A stretch of 64,000 bases of DNA from Macrostomum lignano (taxonomy: Eukaryota). Both the position numbers and the translations under genes were made by a program. Below the pieces are notes generated by a model. It ran no database searches. It was given only the letters and a program-made list of their open reading frames with translations, and had not been told where the DNA came from. Every line of letters begins with the position of its first letter. Positions within the stretch are counted from its first letter, which is position 1. Shown here piece by piece: positions 12,499-25,044 of the stretch. Where the stretch lies: positions 62,001 through 126,000 of the forward strand of contig NIVC01001295.1 of assembly GCA_002269645.1 (NCBI GenBank), in the 5' to 3' direction.

Positions 12499-13419
12499 TA
12501 TTTTACTGGATTATCTTGGTAGGTTGCTGCCACCCGGCTCCTGATGTTCCCTAATCCTAGTATGTAGTAAAGAACCGATTCCAGGAAACCAATGTAATAT
12601 TCTTAAGCTTAACAGAAATTTATAAAATATGACAATTGAAAAAATGTTATTGCACAAAAGTGGTTTCTTTACATTAAATTCCTCTTTTTTAAGTGCTTGG
12701 GCCAAACTCCCAGTTTTAGAGGCAAGACTCCTCTTAGTGCGGTTCTAAGTTTTATTTCCCTATTCCCCCTTGCCTTAAACTTTCTTAAATTTCTGAGGTT
12801 GAGCTACGCGGCATGGAGGTTTCTTTCCCGAGAGCACAACTGCTCTTCACTTATTTGGAAGCTCGAAATTCGCGATCTACCCCCGCCACAAATATTTCCC
12901 CACCTACTTACTTACTGACGGGGGCGCCAATATTTCCCCACAATTATTTTTCACGTAATGAACCGCGAAAATTACGCATTCTATTTTGAAGGTGTTTTTG
13001 CTCTGATTAGTTAGTCCTCTTGCTAAAAAAACTTTTATTTTGCCTTTTGCTTCTGTCTTAATAAAGAAATTTTTGCTTTAAACTGTACGCCATTTAGCAT
13101 TAAAAACCTATAAATACGCTTGTACCAGCAGAATATACGATAAACGACACAACTTGCGTCCTGGCATAATTGCTATTCGGCCTCTGCTGAGCGCCTATCC
13201 CGATCTAAAAACTGAATCAGAATCCCTCATTTATAGTTATAGCCTTTCCATCCGTAGAATGTGCTGTTCAATAGGGGCGTTGCTGCCTCTTCCCGTTTCC
13301 ACAAGAACGTTTTGTACAATTAGAGACGTGCTGTCTCTTTTCACCCCTGGACGTACAGTCCTTCCTCGAGGCTTCTTGCCTTATCCCCTTCCCTAGCTCA
13401 TAGAATTCTATGATTCAAT

Positions 13420-14140
13420 ATTCAAATATTATGAATAGAAGATGCCTCGGTCCCGAGCGGCGTTAACTCTGAATTTTGGAAGAGTGTGGTCTCAGAACCG
13501 TTAAAAGTTTATTTGAATTACAAGAAGATAACGAATTATAAACGGTCAACCGCGATCTCGGTTGTGGTTCTGAGTCAAATAACTAACATCAGTGCTAGTG
13601 AGATCAAGAGGGACTTACACTCCTTTCATGAGGAACGAATCAATAAAATACCTATCCGAGCATTCGGGAGCTGTGTTATTTAGCTTGAAAACAGATTCCA
13701 TTTTTCATCTTCAGGGATGAGGCCCTGGGCTGGATTATTAATTCCAGCTGATTAAAGAGTAAAGTCCCACGAAGCGGTCCAAGTCACTGCAAACAGTTAT
13801 AGGTCTTGTGAAAGATTTAATTTCTACTACTGACTGAGAGAAGTAGACGAATAAAGATTTAAATCGTAAAATCTCTCGCACAGGCCGAATAAGTTTCGCC
13901 ATAAAATAAACGCTTTGCACCCTTAGAGCCGTGTGAGAGGACAGCATGTGGCTGCAGAGGCTACTGGCGAAGGAAAACTCGGTCTGCCTGCGCGAGATTC
14001 CACCACGACTTTTAGTGCGTCACAGGCTCCATCGTTCCGAAATTTGGAAAACTTGAACAAAAATCATGTTGAACACGAGCGTATAATGTAAGCTCAGTGC
14101 TCGAATATTTCCTCTATTAGATACAGACGCTTAACCATAG
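13420..14140 (+). repeat. Interspersed repeat family, second copy (partner of 3270-4050)
   Basis: Collinear diverged similarity as listed for 3270-4050. Confidence 0.8.
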
Positions 14141-15200
14141 AAACAAATACGAGCGTATGTGGCTATTATTCCGACAACAGCTATGTTCGGAGTAGTCCGT
14201 CCCTTGCTTACGCCATCAAGATTTCCAATTCTATTTATTACAAGCTAAATTACAAATGAGCCTTTAGCAGTAGCAATGTCTCAAATCAGAAATCTATTGT
14301 ATAATTGACAGTTGATTCCTGAATTTTTTCATGCCTGTTCATAGTTTTGCTGCAGACAATTCCCGATTGACTTATAGATGACTTCGGATTGGCACAATGG
14401 CCAACGCTCAAGCAGGTTCCCACTGTCAAATAACTCAGTACACGTGTGTCTGTCGCCAATCTGGAAGGAAACATCTGAAGGTTACATTTGTCGCTCAACA
14501 CTGAAGCCGAGTCTCGATGAGCCGCAGAAATTCCTCACCTGCTGGATTTCTTTAACTACGCTCGTAAAAAGCCTCTAAAAAACCAGCCCCGTAGCAAACC
14601 ATGTCATAGCGTGTGAATTTTCCTAGAGCTCCAGCTCTCTTGAGAGCTTTTTCGGTGGATAATAAGGCTTACAGCCTGTCAATTCAATAAAAATCTTGAA
14701 GCATGTTGGAATAGAGCTAATGAATCATAAATTACAGTTTTGCACGCAAAAAATTCTATGTTATATTGAGGTTTCAAGCATCAGATATTGATTAAATACA
14801 ATAAGCTATTTTTCCATACTTATTAATTTAAACAAACACAGACAGAAGGTTAAAAACTCAGGTACCATTGCACAAAACCCCATGGCCCAGGTCCGTACGT
14901 TGTTGGTCCCACAACCCCAGAGAGCCTCTACTTACTTTACTCGTACCAGAGCTTTTTATGTTTTTAATGCTCGTTCTGGAATAGCAACTGCAGCTAAGTA
15001 AAAAACGAACTCAAAATAAAAAATCGTCTTTTGAAGATGCTTGGGCAAGGTTAAGAGCTTGAATCTTAATTAAGTAGTTAGAAAATTTATTTCGGTTTGA
15101 ATGTTTAAACTCTTGCTCCATAGTTTAGGAATAAAAAGTTCGTTTTTAGTAAGTTTGTTTTCGATGTCATTTCCGCGCTGTTTCGTCTTCAATTCTTCCA

Positions 15201-16347
15201 TCACAGGCTGCACACATTCCGCAGCTGGTCGAACTGGGCCGCATCGAGGTTGCCAGTCAGCAGAGCCCAGCACTGCAGCCAGCCGTCGAACGGTTGGATT
15301 GCGGCTGACATGCAGCTGCCGATCAGAAGGTTGTTGTGGACGTTGATAAAATTTCCTCCGACTACACTGGTCGATGTATCGATGGAATTTATCATGGACC
15401 CATTGTAGTAGGCGTTGAATACGAAGTCCGTGCCTCCAAAGTTGATTCCAAAGCTCATCAGCCGCTCGACTGAGTCTCCAGCACAGCCACTTGTCCAGGT
15501 CTTGCTAATGTAAGTTCCAGAAGTAAACTGGACCCTAGCTTTGATGTTGCCGCCGCTTTTTATGTACAAATTAGTCGGATTTGTTGGGTTGTTGACATCG
15601 AGAAACGAGCTGATGCACTTGTCGCTGCAACATTGTACAGGTGGTCGAAGTTTGATAAATTAAATTCTTGCTTGAACTTGAGCGCAATTATTCAGTCACA
15701 TACTCGTACATAAATACTCACACAGAGTTGCAGGAAAACTTTCCCTGAAAGAACATGCTGTACTGCTTCCCAGATGCAAAATATTTGCTGAATCCGGCAG
15801 TCGAGACTTTCACGTAGGAGCCGCTCGAGCCCTGCAGACGAACTCCGTCGACTGGACTCTGCTCGGTGACGTTCACTGGTTCCGCCTGGTAAACTGATTG
15901 GTTGACGAAGTTGTTGAAGCTCTTCTTGAAGTTGTACCACAGCACAAAATTCGAGGACAAGTTCTGGATGACCGAAGCTTCCGACAGTGAGCTCGCAGGA
16001 GTGGCAGAAGTTGGCGCGCTCGGACCTACGGTGACTTCAGAAGCCAGCAGTTTTCTCCTAGCGACCATCCGGGACCCGCAGCTCCCGGTCAATGGCGGCA
16101 TCGCAGACAGCCTGTAGCAGACGGCCCTGTCTGTCAGGTACACAGACAGGCGACACTCGCTGCTGAGAGTGCAGAGCAGCGAGCACTCGGGCTCACTTTG
16201 GGCGGCCACAGCCTCAGCACTCACAGGCTCGGTGGGACAGTCGCTGGTCAGCAACTCAAACACTGCGGAGCCGTGCTCGAGTGCCACCGACTGGTACAGC
16301 ACCAGCGAAAAAGCACAGGCTGTGAGCCAAATGACATGTGACTTCAT
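15201..16347 (-). CDS. Secreted PAN/Apple + LamG/ConA-like protein, copy 1 (349 aa); exons 16347-15722 and 15624-15201
   Basis: Hydrophobic signal peptide; PAN-like ECSLLCTLSSECRLSVY...VCYRL; S/T/P linker; LamG-like FVLWYNF...AYYNGS...LLIGS...FDGWLQCW...LDAAQFDQL. The 97-nt intron GTGAGT...ttgcAG is phase 2 and joins the two ORFs in frame (SCNS-V-DKC). Confidence 0.85.
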
Positions 16348-17519
16348 TTTTGGATCTGGCTTAGAATTTCAAGAACGGTGTGTAGGAAGTGACGCCTTTA
16401 GGAATTTATCCAGACTTTATCTTATTGGAAAGATATATTGTGGGAGACAAGTAAATTTTGCGTCGCATGTGATTGGAGGAGAAATTCCGGCATTAATGGT
16501 TGCATTGTGGTTGCTATGCAGGAAATCATGAGCCATGGCTACCAATACTCATCCGTATGTTGCTTTTGTTAGAGCTGAGACATCTTTTATCATCTTAGGG
16601 AATGTATAACAGTTCTTAACTTCTTTTTGCATGCGGCGTTGCAGCTCGGGTGACATCTTCAGAACAATGAGCTCGGTTTTTTTCAAATAGAGTTCAAGTA
16701 TGGGGATGGGCACAAAAATAGAAAAGAATGGATTCTATGAAGTAAAAACACTTTAACGCAGTGTAAGTCTAGTAAAATATTTTTCTGATGTCTTAGTCTT
16801 CCGCAGGCTTTACTGGAAAAAAAATGTTTTCGTCGGAGGTCCTGCGACTCTGGCGGTGTCAAGGGAAGACAATGCGGCTCTCAGCTTCTTTTTAATTTCC
16901 AGTCCTATTCATAAAAATAGCCATTCTCTTGTACTCAGCATCCGAAAAAAACAAAATGCGTTTCAAAGGAAAGAAATGATTCCGTGAGTTGAGCATAGGT
17001 ACAGGTTCAGAATATATTCTTCCGGGACGTACGCTAGTATTTTTTCCACCGAAAGCAAGACTCAGAATGAGAAGTTTGACTAGAGGAGCCGCTTTGCGGG
17101 TTAAGGCATGTCGATGGATGCAGCTGGACAAAAGAATATTTCAGGAGATTTTCATGCGCTCATTCCCAATTCCAAGGCCAGCAACCGGCTGGGTGCGGAT
17201 CTGGGACTGGCGGCGCGGGTTTACAATCTACTTGGTTCTCTCATGAAACTGTCTAACGCTACATAAAGTACTGTTTCTTCAAAAACTCAATTCCTGCCGT
17301 CTGCTGTACTCCACTGGGTGGGCAAGTGGATTTCGGTGATTGCGCTTCACACTCTCGCGTCTTAAGTGTTATGACTTCTTTTGTGGCAGAAGGCATCGGA
17401 CCAAAAGGTAACGTACTCGTAATATTTGCTTTTTTAGCCGGCCATGAATTCGGTCGGAATTCTGTAGAAGCTGAATCTTCTACGCTATAAGAATTAGTAG
17501 CAATAGTAATAATTGATTA

Positions 17520-17775
17520 CGCCTGCCCTAACTGGGCCAGATGTGCAACCGACAGCTCAACCAGAAGGCTGCGTACGGCTGTTCAGTCCAAGGACTGTGG
17601 GGGGGGGGGGTCGCAACACACCCTCAATCAGCCTCAATTGCTCCAGCTAATGCTGGCACCCATTTTACAGCTGGGTGAACTGAAGAAAGGCAGAGTTAAC
17701 TGTCTTGCTCAAGGACACAAATTGTTCAAGTCGATAGTCCGACGCTCTAACCACAAGGCTACAGCCCTCCCTACG
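17520..17775 (+). mobile_element. SINE/LINE 3' tail fragment
   Basis: gctggcacccattttacagctgggtgaactg...tgtcttgctcaaggacac resembles the conserved 3' tail of L2/CR1-associated SINEs (recognised from memory). Confidence 0.45.
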
Positions 17776-18249
17776 CAAAAATTTTTTCATAAAAATCAAA
17801 CCAAGTATTCAATTATTAGTTCTCAGGAAATTTAAAGTCTTTAAATTGTGAAGGGTCTTGTCTCTGAATTGGCAGCAGCTTTCATCGCGGAGCTGCAGAA
17901 CGAGGAGGCGACGGCCAATCAGCGAGCACTCAGGACTCATTTGAGAGAGCAGAAAGCGGAATCGGATTAGCTCTGGTACAATCAGCCACGCAAGGTGCAA
18001 CACCTGATTTGAAGTGGTTGCGTGGCTGGTACGGTAAGGACAGTAAGACATATGGATGGCATTGGCAACTGAGGCTCTCAATAAAGGTTGAGTAGCTGCC
18101 GGGCAGACAAATTCCGAATCAAACTCGTCTTTTCTCCGAGGATGTACCGCAAGATTTAAGTTTGAAAAGCCCCTACAGATGTTTTGGCATCGTTTTTTCT
18201 ATTTTTTAGTTTCGACTACTCCTCCTCTGAGCCTTGAGCACGGAGCCAA

Positions 18250-18712
18250 GAGTTTTGAGCACAGAATGTACAGAGGCCTCGAGTTTTGAGCACAGAATGT
18301 ACAGCGGCCTCGAGTTTTGAGCACAGAATGTACAGCGGCCTCGAGTTTTGAGCACAGAATGTACTGCGGCCTCGAGTTTTGAACACAGAATGTACAGCGG
18401 CCTCGAGTTTTGAGCACAGAATGTACTGCGGCCTCGAGTTTTGAGCACAGAATGTACTGCGGCCTCGAGTTTTGAACACAGAATGTACTGCGGCCTCGAG
18501 TTTTGAACACAGAATGTACTGCGGCCTCGAGTTTTGAGCACAGAATGTACTGCGGCCTCGAGTTTTGAGCACATAATGTACAGCGGCCTCGAGTTTTGAG
18601 CACAGAATGTACTGCGGCCTCGAGTTTTGAACACAGAATGTACTGCGGCCTCGAGTTTTGAGCACAGAATGCACATCGGCGTCGAGTTTTGAACACAGAA
18701 TGCACAGCGATT
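18250..18712. repeat. 31-bp tandem minisatellite (gagttttgagcacagaatgtactgcggcctc)n, about 15 copies
   Basis: Head-to-tail units with no unique spacers; all three minus-strand frames are open and give the same 31-aa periodic peptide. Confidence 0.95.
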
Positions 18713-20299
18713 TCCAATTTCTCAGCGACGACCGCCCGACAGGAAGCAAAAAATTTGTCAGCCGGAAACATTTATTTGAGCTGGAGCATGTCGAATGCAT
18801 TTGTTAGATAACGCTGCATAAAAACCTATATTTTGAAGAAAATTCAGCTCTTATGATTTATAACTGTAAAATTAGACAGCTCCTGAAATTCGGAGCTTGG
18901 TAGCCTTCCTTGCTGAAAATTTCCATTGCTGGCCACTTTCTTGGCTCGCAACCTTCGTATGCCGCAAGCAGAGCATTCCCTACCCATCCACAAGAAATGA
19001 GCTCATCAAAAAACTTTTTTGATAAATAGAAAATTATTCGCCTTACAAGAATAAAATAGTAGAATTTCTGCCAAGTCTTGAGAGCAGCATCTCAAAGTCG
19101 ATTGCTACTCAAACAAAGCCGGTTTCGCAGCAACACAATTTCGGAATTCTCCTCAGAAATGGAAACCAATAATTAATAGTTACTATGGGGAAACCAAAGC
19201 GATTATTTGAACAGTTCTTCCCATATCTGTTTGCCAAGCTCGCTGATAACTACCTCATAGCAGTTCAGGTCTTTTGGGAATTTTTATCGGCGCAAAACAA
19301 GCATCTGTTCGTGGTAGAATTCGCGGAAGGCCTTCAGAGCTGACTAATTGGCGATTAAATATCTATTCCGTGGTTAATGTAAAAGTCTTTAATGTCATTT
19401 CACTAATTGACAATCGTATAAGAATTTTATGCTGGTGGCATCATCTGCGAAAAATTATTGATTTTTTGGTTTACATTCATTTTTTAGCTTCACTTTTTCT
19501 AGGAAAGTATTTCTAAAGTACCCGTGAGTAGAACCATCAACCAGGGGCTTCTTAAGTAGTAGGACGGAACACTCGAAATGGTTTTATGATTCTTTTTTGT
19601 CATTCTGACTGTGTACACTGACTGTGTAACAATATTTGTAACAAAAATTATGCATAAAATCGATTAGTAAAAAATTCTGATCGAACAGTGCAAGTCTCAT
19701 GAAAATCGGTTAAGCCATTCGGGAGATAATCGATTGCGCACAAACATACAAGATTTTCATTTTTAGTATATAGGAAGTCTGATTTTTGGTCCTGATTTTT
19801 TTTAACAATCTCTACCAGTAGAAGAGGGTTTTTTGAAGCTTTCAAGGCTTCAGTGAGAAGCTTGAATTGTTTTTAAAACAAATTTCAAAATTGTTTGGTT
19901 AAAGAATTCCGAAAAATCTTAAAAGATTGGTGTCTTTCCTAGCTACTCCAAGTAGTGCATCCGTGTTGTTGTGAACAAGCTCGATTAATTTTTTTTAACA
20001 GCGACAGGGGGAATAAATGTTTTGAAGAAACTACATGTAGCTTTAACCTTGTAAAGTCGCTAGATTCTTAAAGAAAATAGTGCTTCAAGCATTGACAGCC
20101 AGCAATCTAGCCCAAGAATATCAGCATGCCCTGTCCTGTGACATCAAAAGTCACCTTTTAAGCCATGGCTTAACTTTCCCATTGATTCTTGGCCTACCAA
20201 AAACTCCAAATGGCCTTAACATCTGAACAATTCCCCGTGAAGCTCGGTCTCTAGAGCATTTTGGGTCTCTACTGCAGCTTTTAAATGCTGCTTTGATAC

Positions 20300-21027
20300 T
20301 GTGACGTTGCTAGTTTAAGGTGGTCCCGCAAAAGGGCCGTTGGACTATAGTTTCTCTTGCAATTTCTCGTTTAAATTTCTCCAATAGTTTATTTTAACGT
20401 TTACTTGTAGTAGCGTGCAAATAATCTATATCAGTTGCTAATTCACTGTGTATTTGGTAGGCCTTGCGTTCGTCTGTAAATTTTAGCACGATCGATAATT
20501 TCAAGTTCTCTCGCCAGCCAATGAAAACTCTCCGTGTTTTATGCTAACCCTTCTGCGCTCTAATTATTAACCCCCGCCTGGCGGCGGGCTGGGGGCCTCC
20601 TCACTTCTCGCTTCTGGCTTCTGGCTTCGGCGTCTGGCTCTCGTTTTCCTTCTCTCTCTCCTGGCTGCCTCGAGCCTCCTTATCTCTCGCCACGGCTCCT
20701 CTGTCTGGGCCAGCCTGTTTACACACTGTACTCCACTGTGTACTGCCACGGCTAACGCCACTCTCACCGCTACTTATCTGCCTGTTTACTTACTACTCAC
20801 TGCCTCCAATGTGCTCATCACCATCACTCACTACGTTGCGTCGCCATTGTATCCTTCGCCTGCTACTCGACTTCATCATTCTAAATTACCTTCAAAACCA
20901 TTGTTGCAGCCGCCAGTGGCCCAAGCGCAATAAGTTTTGTATTGACATTAACCAGTTCTAATATTGATCTCAACAATAAATTAACTACGGCAGTTTCCTG
21001 CCCTTATACGCCAAGTGCTCCGTTACA
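20300..21027 (+). mobile_element. Possible solo LTR
   Basis: Starts TGTGACG and ends CGTTACA (6/7 inverted match), with AATAAA near the 3' end. No TSD found. Confidence 0.35.
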
Positions 21028-21597
21028 CAATCCGCTTTGCAAGAATTGACTTCGATTCATTTTGGGACTACAACGACTTACGACGATTCCCGTTAAACGG
21101 CCCTTTTAAGGGTCCCAGCCACCACGCCAATAACGTGACAGATACGTAAAATGTGTACAGTGTGCATGTATCCATTTGTAACTAGGTTAGTTGCGTTTTC
21201 GATACTGCATACATGTAATTTTTCTCGCAAAGTTAATACTTGTAGACGAGTATAGCTAGAAAGATTAGGCAATCCCTTCTGAGTAGATGAGAGCATCTTC
21301 TGTAAGAATTCTCTAAGGAGGACACATTTTAGTATTCTCGCAATAGAACTGCTCAGCACTGACCTGTAAAAACTGCTCATCGCGGTGCGCATCATAGCGC
21401 GAAAATATAATAAAAATTGACACAGGTGCATCAGAAAATTATGCTACACTTCAAAAGATCTTAAATATGTATTTGAACTAAGCTGGATAAATCCCTCAAG
21501 AAAATATAGAGCTTGTTTAGAAAATTCATATGTTTGCTTAGGTTTCAATTTCGTCTTCATCTTCGTCTTCGTTTTCGTTTCGTCTTCTATTTTTGCA

Positions 21598-22744
21598 TCA
21601 CAGGCTGCACGCACTCCGCAGCTGGTCGAACTGGGCCGCATCGAGGTTGCCAGTCAGCAGAGCCCAGCACTGCAGCCAGCCGTCGAACGGTTGGATTGCG
21701 GCTGACATGCAGCTGCCGATCAGAAGATTGTTGTGGACGTTGATAAAATTTCCTCCGACTACACTGGTCGATGTATCGATGGAATTTATCATGGACCCAT
21801 TGTAGTAGGCGTTGAATACGAAGTCCGTGCCTCCAAAGTTGATTCCAAAGCTCATCAGCCGCTCGACTGAGTCTCTAGCACAGCCACTTGTCCAGGTCTT
21901 GCTAATGTAAGTTCCAGAAGCAAACTGGACCCTAGCCTTGATGTTGCCGTCGCTTTTTATGTACAAATTAGTCGGATTTGTTGGGTTGTTGACATCGAGA
22001 AACGAGCTGATGCACTTGTCGCTGAAACATTGTGCAGGTGGTCGAAGTTTGATAAATTAAATTCTTGCTTGGACTTGAGCGCAATTATTCAGTCACATAC
22101 TCATACATAAATACTCACACAGAGTTGCAGGAAAACTTTCCCTGAAAGAACATGCTGTACTGCTTCCCAAATGCAAAATATTTGCTGAATTCGGCAGTCG
22201 AGACTTTCACGTAGGAGCCGCTCGAGCCCTGCAGACGAACTCCGTCGACTGGACTCTGCTCGGTGACGTTCACTGGTTCCGCCTGGTAAACTGATTGGTT
22301 GACGAAGTTTTTGAAGCTCTTCTTGAAGTTGTACCACAGCACGAAATTCGAGGACAAGTTCTGGATGACCGAAGCTTCCGACAGCGAGCTCGCAGGAGTG
22401 GCAGAAGTTGGCGCGCTCGGACCTACGGTGACTTCAGAAGCCAGCAGCCTTCTCCTAGCGACCATCCGGGACCCGCAGCTCCCGGTCGATGTCGGCATCG
22501 CAGACAACCTGTAGCAGACGGCCCTGTCTGTCAGGTACACAGACAGGCGACACTCGCCGCTGAGAGTGCAGAGCAGCGAGCACTCGGGCTCACTCGGCGC
22601 GGCCACAGCCTCAGCATTCACAGGCTCCGTGGGGCAGTCGCTGGTCAGCAACTCAAACACTGCGGAGCCGTGCTCGAGTGCCACCGACTGGCACAGCACC
22701 AGCGAAAAAGCACAGGCAGTGAGCCAAATGACGGGTGAATTCAT
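21598..22744 (-). CDS. Secreted PAN/Apple + LamG-like protein, copy 2 (349 aa); exons 22744-22119 and 22021-21598
   Basis: Same architecture and phase-2, 97-nt intron as copy 1; both exons open. Confidence 0.85.
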
Positions 22745-22921
22745 TATTAGATCAGTTTTATAACTGCATGTGCTTGTTGAGATTCTTGGAGAGAAACGAC
22801 GTGTAGGAAATAATTCTCTTGGGAATCTGTTCAGGCTTTATCTTATTGGAAAGATACTTGCGAGGAACAAGGAAATTTCGTGTCGCATGCGATTGGAGGA
22901 AAAATTCCGGCATTACTGCAG

Positions 22922-23257
22922 CAGGGGCGTCGCCATGGTGGGGGGACAAAGCCAAGAATTCTAGCTACATGTACGTCCATATACTCAAAATGGTTAGTCG
23001 CTGGGTATCTATCTAGGTATTTTCAGAATCGGTGTTGTCAGCTCTCTTTTTGGCGCTGCAGGCACTCATTAGCACCACAGGTACTAATTAGCGCCACAGG
23101 CACTCATTTTGGCGCCGCAGGTGCCTTGTTTTGTCCCCCTGCAGCAAAAGTTTTGATTTCCATAACGGGTCGCAAGGTGGGATGGGGGGACAAAGCATTT
23201 GCATGACACCTTCATATCTTTTACTGGGGGACATGCCCCCCGGTGTAACGGCCCCTG
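22922..23257. mobile_element. MITE (CAGGGGCGTCGCC...GCCCCTG family) upstream of copy 2
   Basis: TIR-like ends, related to 33614-33892, 37808-38143, 43843-44121 and 57408-57764. Absent at the equivalent position upstream of copies 1 and 4. Confidence 0.75.
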
Positions 23258-23813
23258 AGTGGAAGGCTTTGTGGTTGCTATGCAGGAAATAAAGAAGCCA
23301 TTCTGTCGCTACCAATACTCGTCCGTTAGACCATATGTTTTTTTGCTTGAGCTGAGATGTTTTTTATCATAGAAAATGCAAAAGGATATTGAAAATGCTT
23401 TTAACATTTTCAGATAGGCGTTAAACATTAGGAAAAGAAATTTAAGAATGGCTTGGCTTTGCAGTACCTTTTAATAGAAATACGAGTAAGTTGTTTCTAA
23501 GTTGGGTCTAAGTTTTAAAGTGACCTAATACAATCACGACTCAGATGTGGCTCAGTGGACGCTGCTAGTGGCTCTGAATCATTAATTTTTAGTTTCGACA
23601 TCGTCAAGGCAAGAGCTGCTCTACAAACAACTTATAATCAATAATTCAAATGTCACGATTGCAAACTATTCATCAATTTCCATCGGCAAACCGAAATAAT
23701 GAAAATCAAACTTGAAGATTTGCTTTCGGGAAAACAATTTCTTTATTTGAACGTCTTTCTTTCTAGCACGCGCTGTCATCGCTTCGTTTTCTTCCTTTCG
23801 TTTTAGAATTAGC

Positions 23814-23872
23814 GCGCCCTGTGACGCTGACTTTTACCATCCTGACAGCGTATTTTGTTGTTGTTGTTGTCG
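23814..23872 (+). mobile_element. Very short 3' end of an RTE retrotransposon with (TTG)n tail (also at ~40741-40798)
   Basis: gcgccctgtgacgctgacttttaccatc.tgacagcgtattttgttgttg matches the 3' end of the RTE copy at 54471-54530 (reverse complement). Confidence 0.75.
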
Positions 23873-24009
23873 TTTTAGAGTGCTTATTTTGGGCAGTAGT
23901 TTGGTGGTTGTTCTTCCTCCTAAAGCAAAATATTGGCTAATTTTCAGTATATTCTTCAACCAGAAAAAGGCTGCTTCTAAAGCGTAAAAATTCGTCTGAA
24001 ACGTTTACC

Positions 24010-24279
24010 CAGGAGCGGATTTAGGGGGGCGGGGGGGACGGCGCCCCCCCCCCAAATAGCTTGACAGAACATATTGCGCCCCCAAAAACCTGAGTTTGCG
24101 CCCCCTAAACTTGATTTTTCGCCCCCAAAAGACATTTTTTGGCGCCCCTAAGCTTGACTTTTCGCCCCATACACGCATTTTTGACGCCCCTAGCTTAAAA
24201 ATTGGCGCCTCTTATACTCGTGTTGGCGCCCCAAACTTGGACCACCCCCCCCCAAAATGAAAATCTAGATCCGCCACTG
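24010..24279. mobile_element. hAT-type GC-rich MITE with 8-bp TSD
   Basis: Imperfect TIRs CAGGAGCGGATTTAG / CTAGATCCGCCACTG; perfect TSD CGTTTACC at 24002-24009 and 24280-24287. Confidence 0.88.
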
Positions 24280-25044
24280 CGTTTACCCTTTGGGCTTTTA
24301 TTCTAATGAAGCGATCGTTTCTATTTTCTACACCCAAGCCAGCCTCACCCAGGGCCATCTATTCCATAGCGACAGGGCAGCAGGGAGGGCCCGGACCCCA
24401 CGCCTCATCGGATGCACCACTGGGACTTACGATGTCGCTGAATAGCCTGGGATTCTAAACCCCGACATGCAGCTGAGTTTGCGCAGCAAAACCCTGCTCA
24501 GCGTCCTGTCGAATAAACAACTCAAATTTCCTGGATGTTTTCGAAACTTCCGGAATCAAACGGTCTGGAATTTCTTGCGACTTTTGTTTCAATACTTCCC
24601 GTTTGTGCTATGGCTTCCTGCAATGTTGTGAAGCCTAGTCCTTGTCAGCTTAAGAATAATTCGAGCTATTCAGACAGTGAGAAAACTGCTTCTTCATTCT
24701 TTATTTCCACTATGCAGCTCCCGCAAGGGTTTGGGATTGAGTCAAAAGATGACTGTCTGAAAGCTGGTCAAAATCTCTGGAAGAAGTTTTGCAAATTTTG
24801 CGAGCAATCTCTGACAGTAGCTATTACGTCGTAATATGAGTCTTGAACAGTCTAAAAGCATCCATCCACCAATATATGCGCACTTCTCATAATGCACATC
24901 TGGGTCAGATCCTAACGGAAGTGCACCAATGTACTCGTAATACTTGTATTGCTGCGCGCACCGACAAGAATTACAATTGGAACGATGCTAGAACGCTGGA
25001 AGAATCTAGCACGCTGACGAGTGCGTCAATAATGTAGTAGAGGC

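Noticed and set aside
14300-14650. Decayed coding fragment on the minus strand
   Set aside because: Only short stop-riddled stretches with no recognisable motif.
15692-15940. Conserved alternative-frame ORF MVQLQEEL... in all four paralogues
   Set aside because: Overlaps exon 1 in another frame; conservation follows from near-identical DNA.
18250-18712. CRISPR array interpretation of the 31-bp repeats (also 56300-56732)
   Set aside because: Units abut directly with no unique spacers, there are no cas genes, and the context is eukaryotic.
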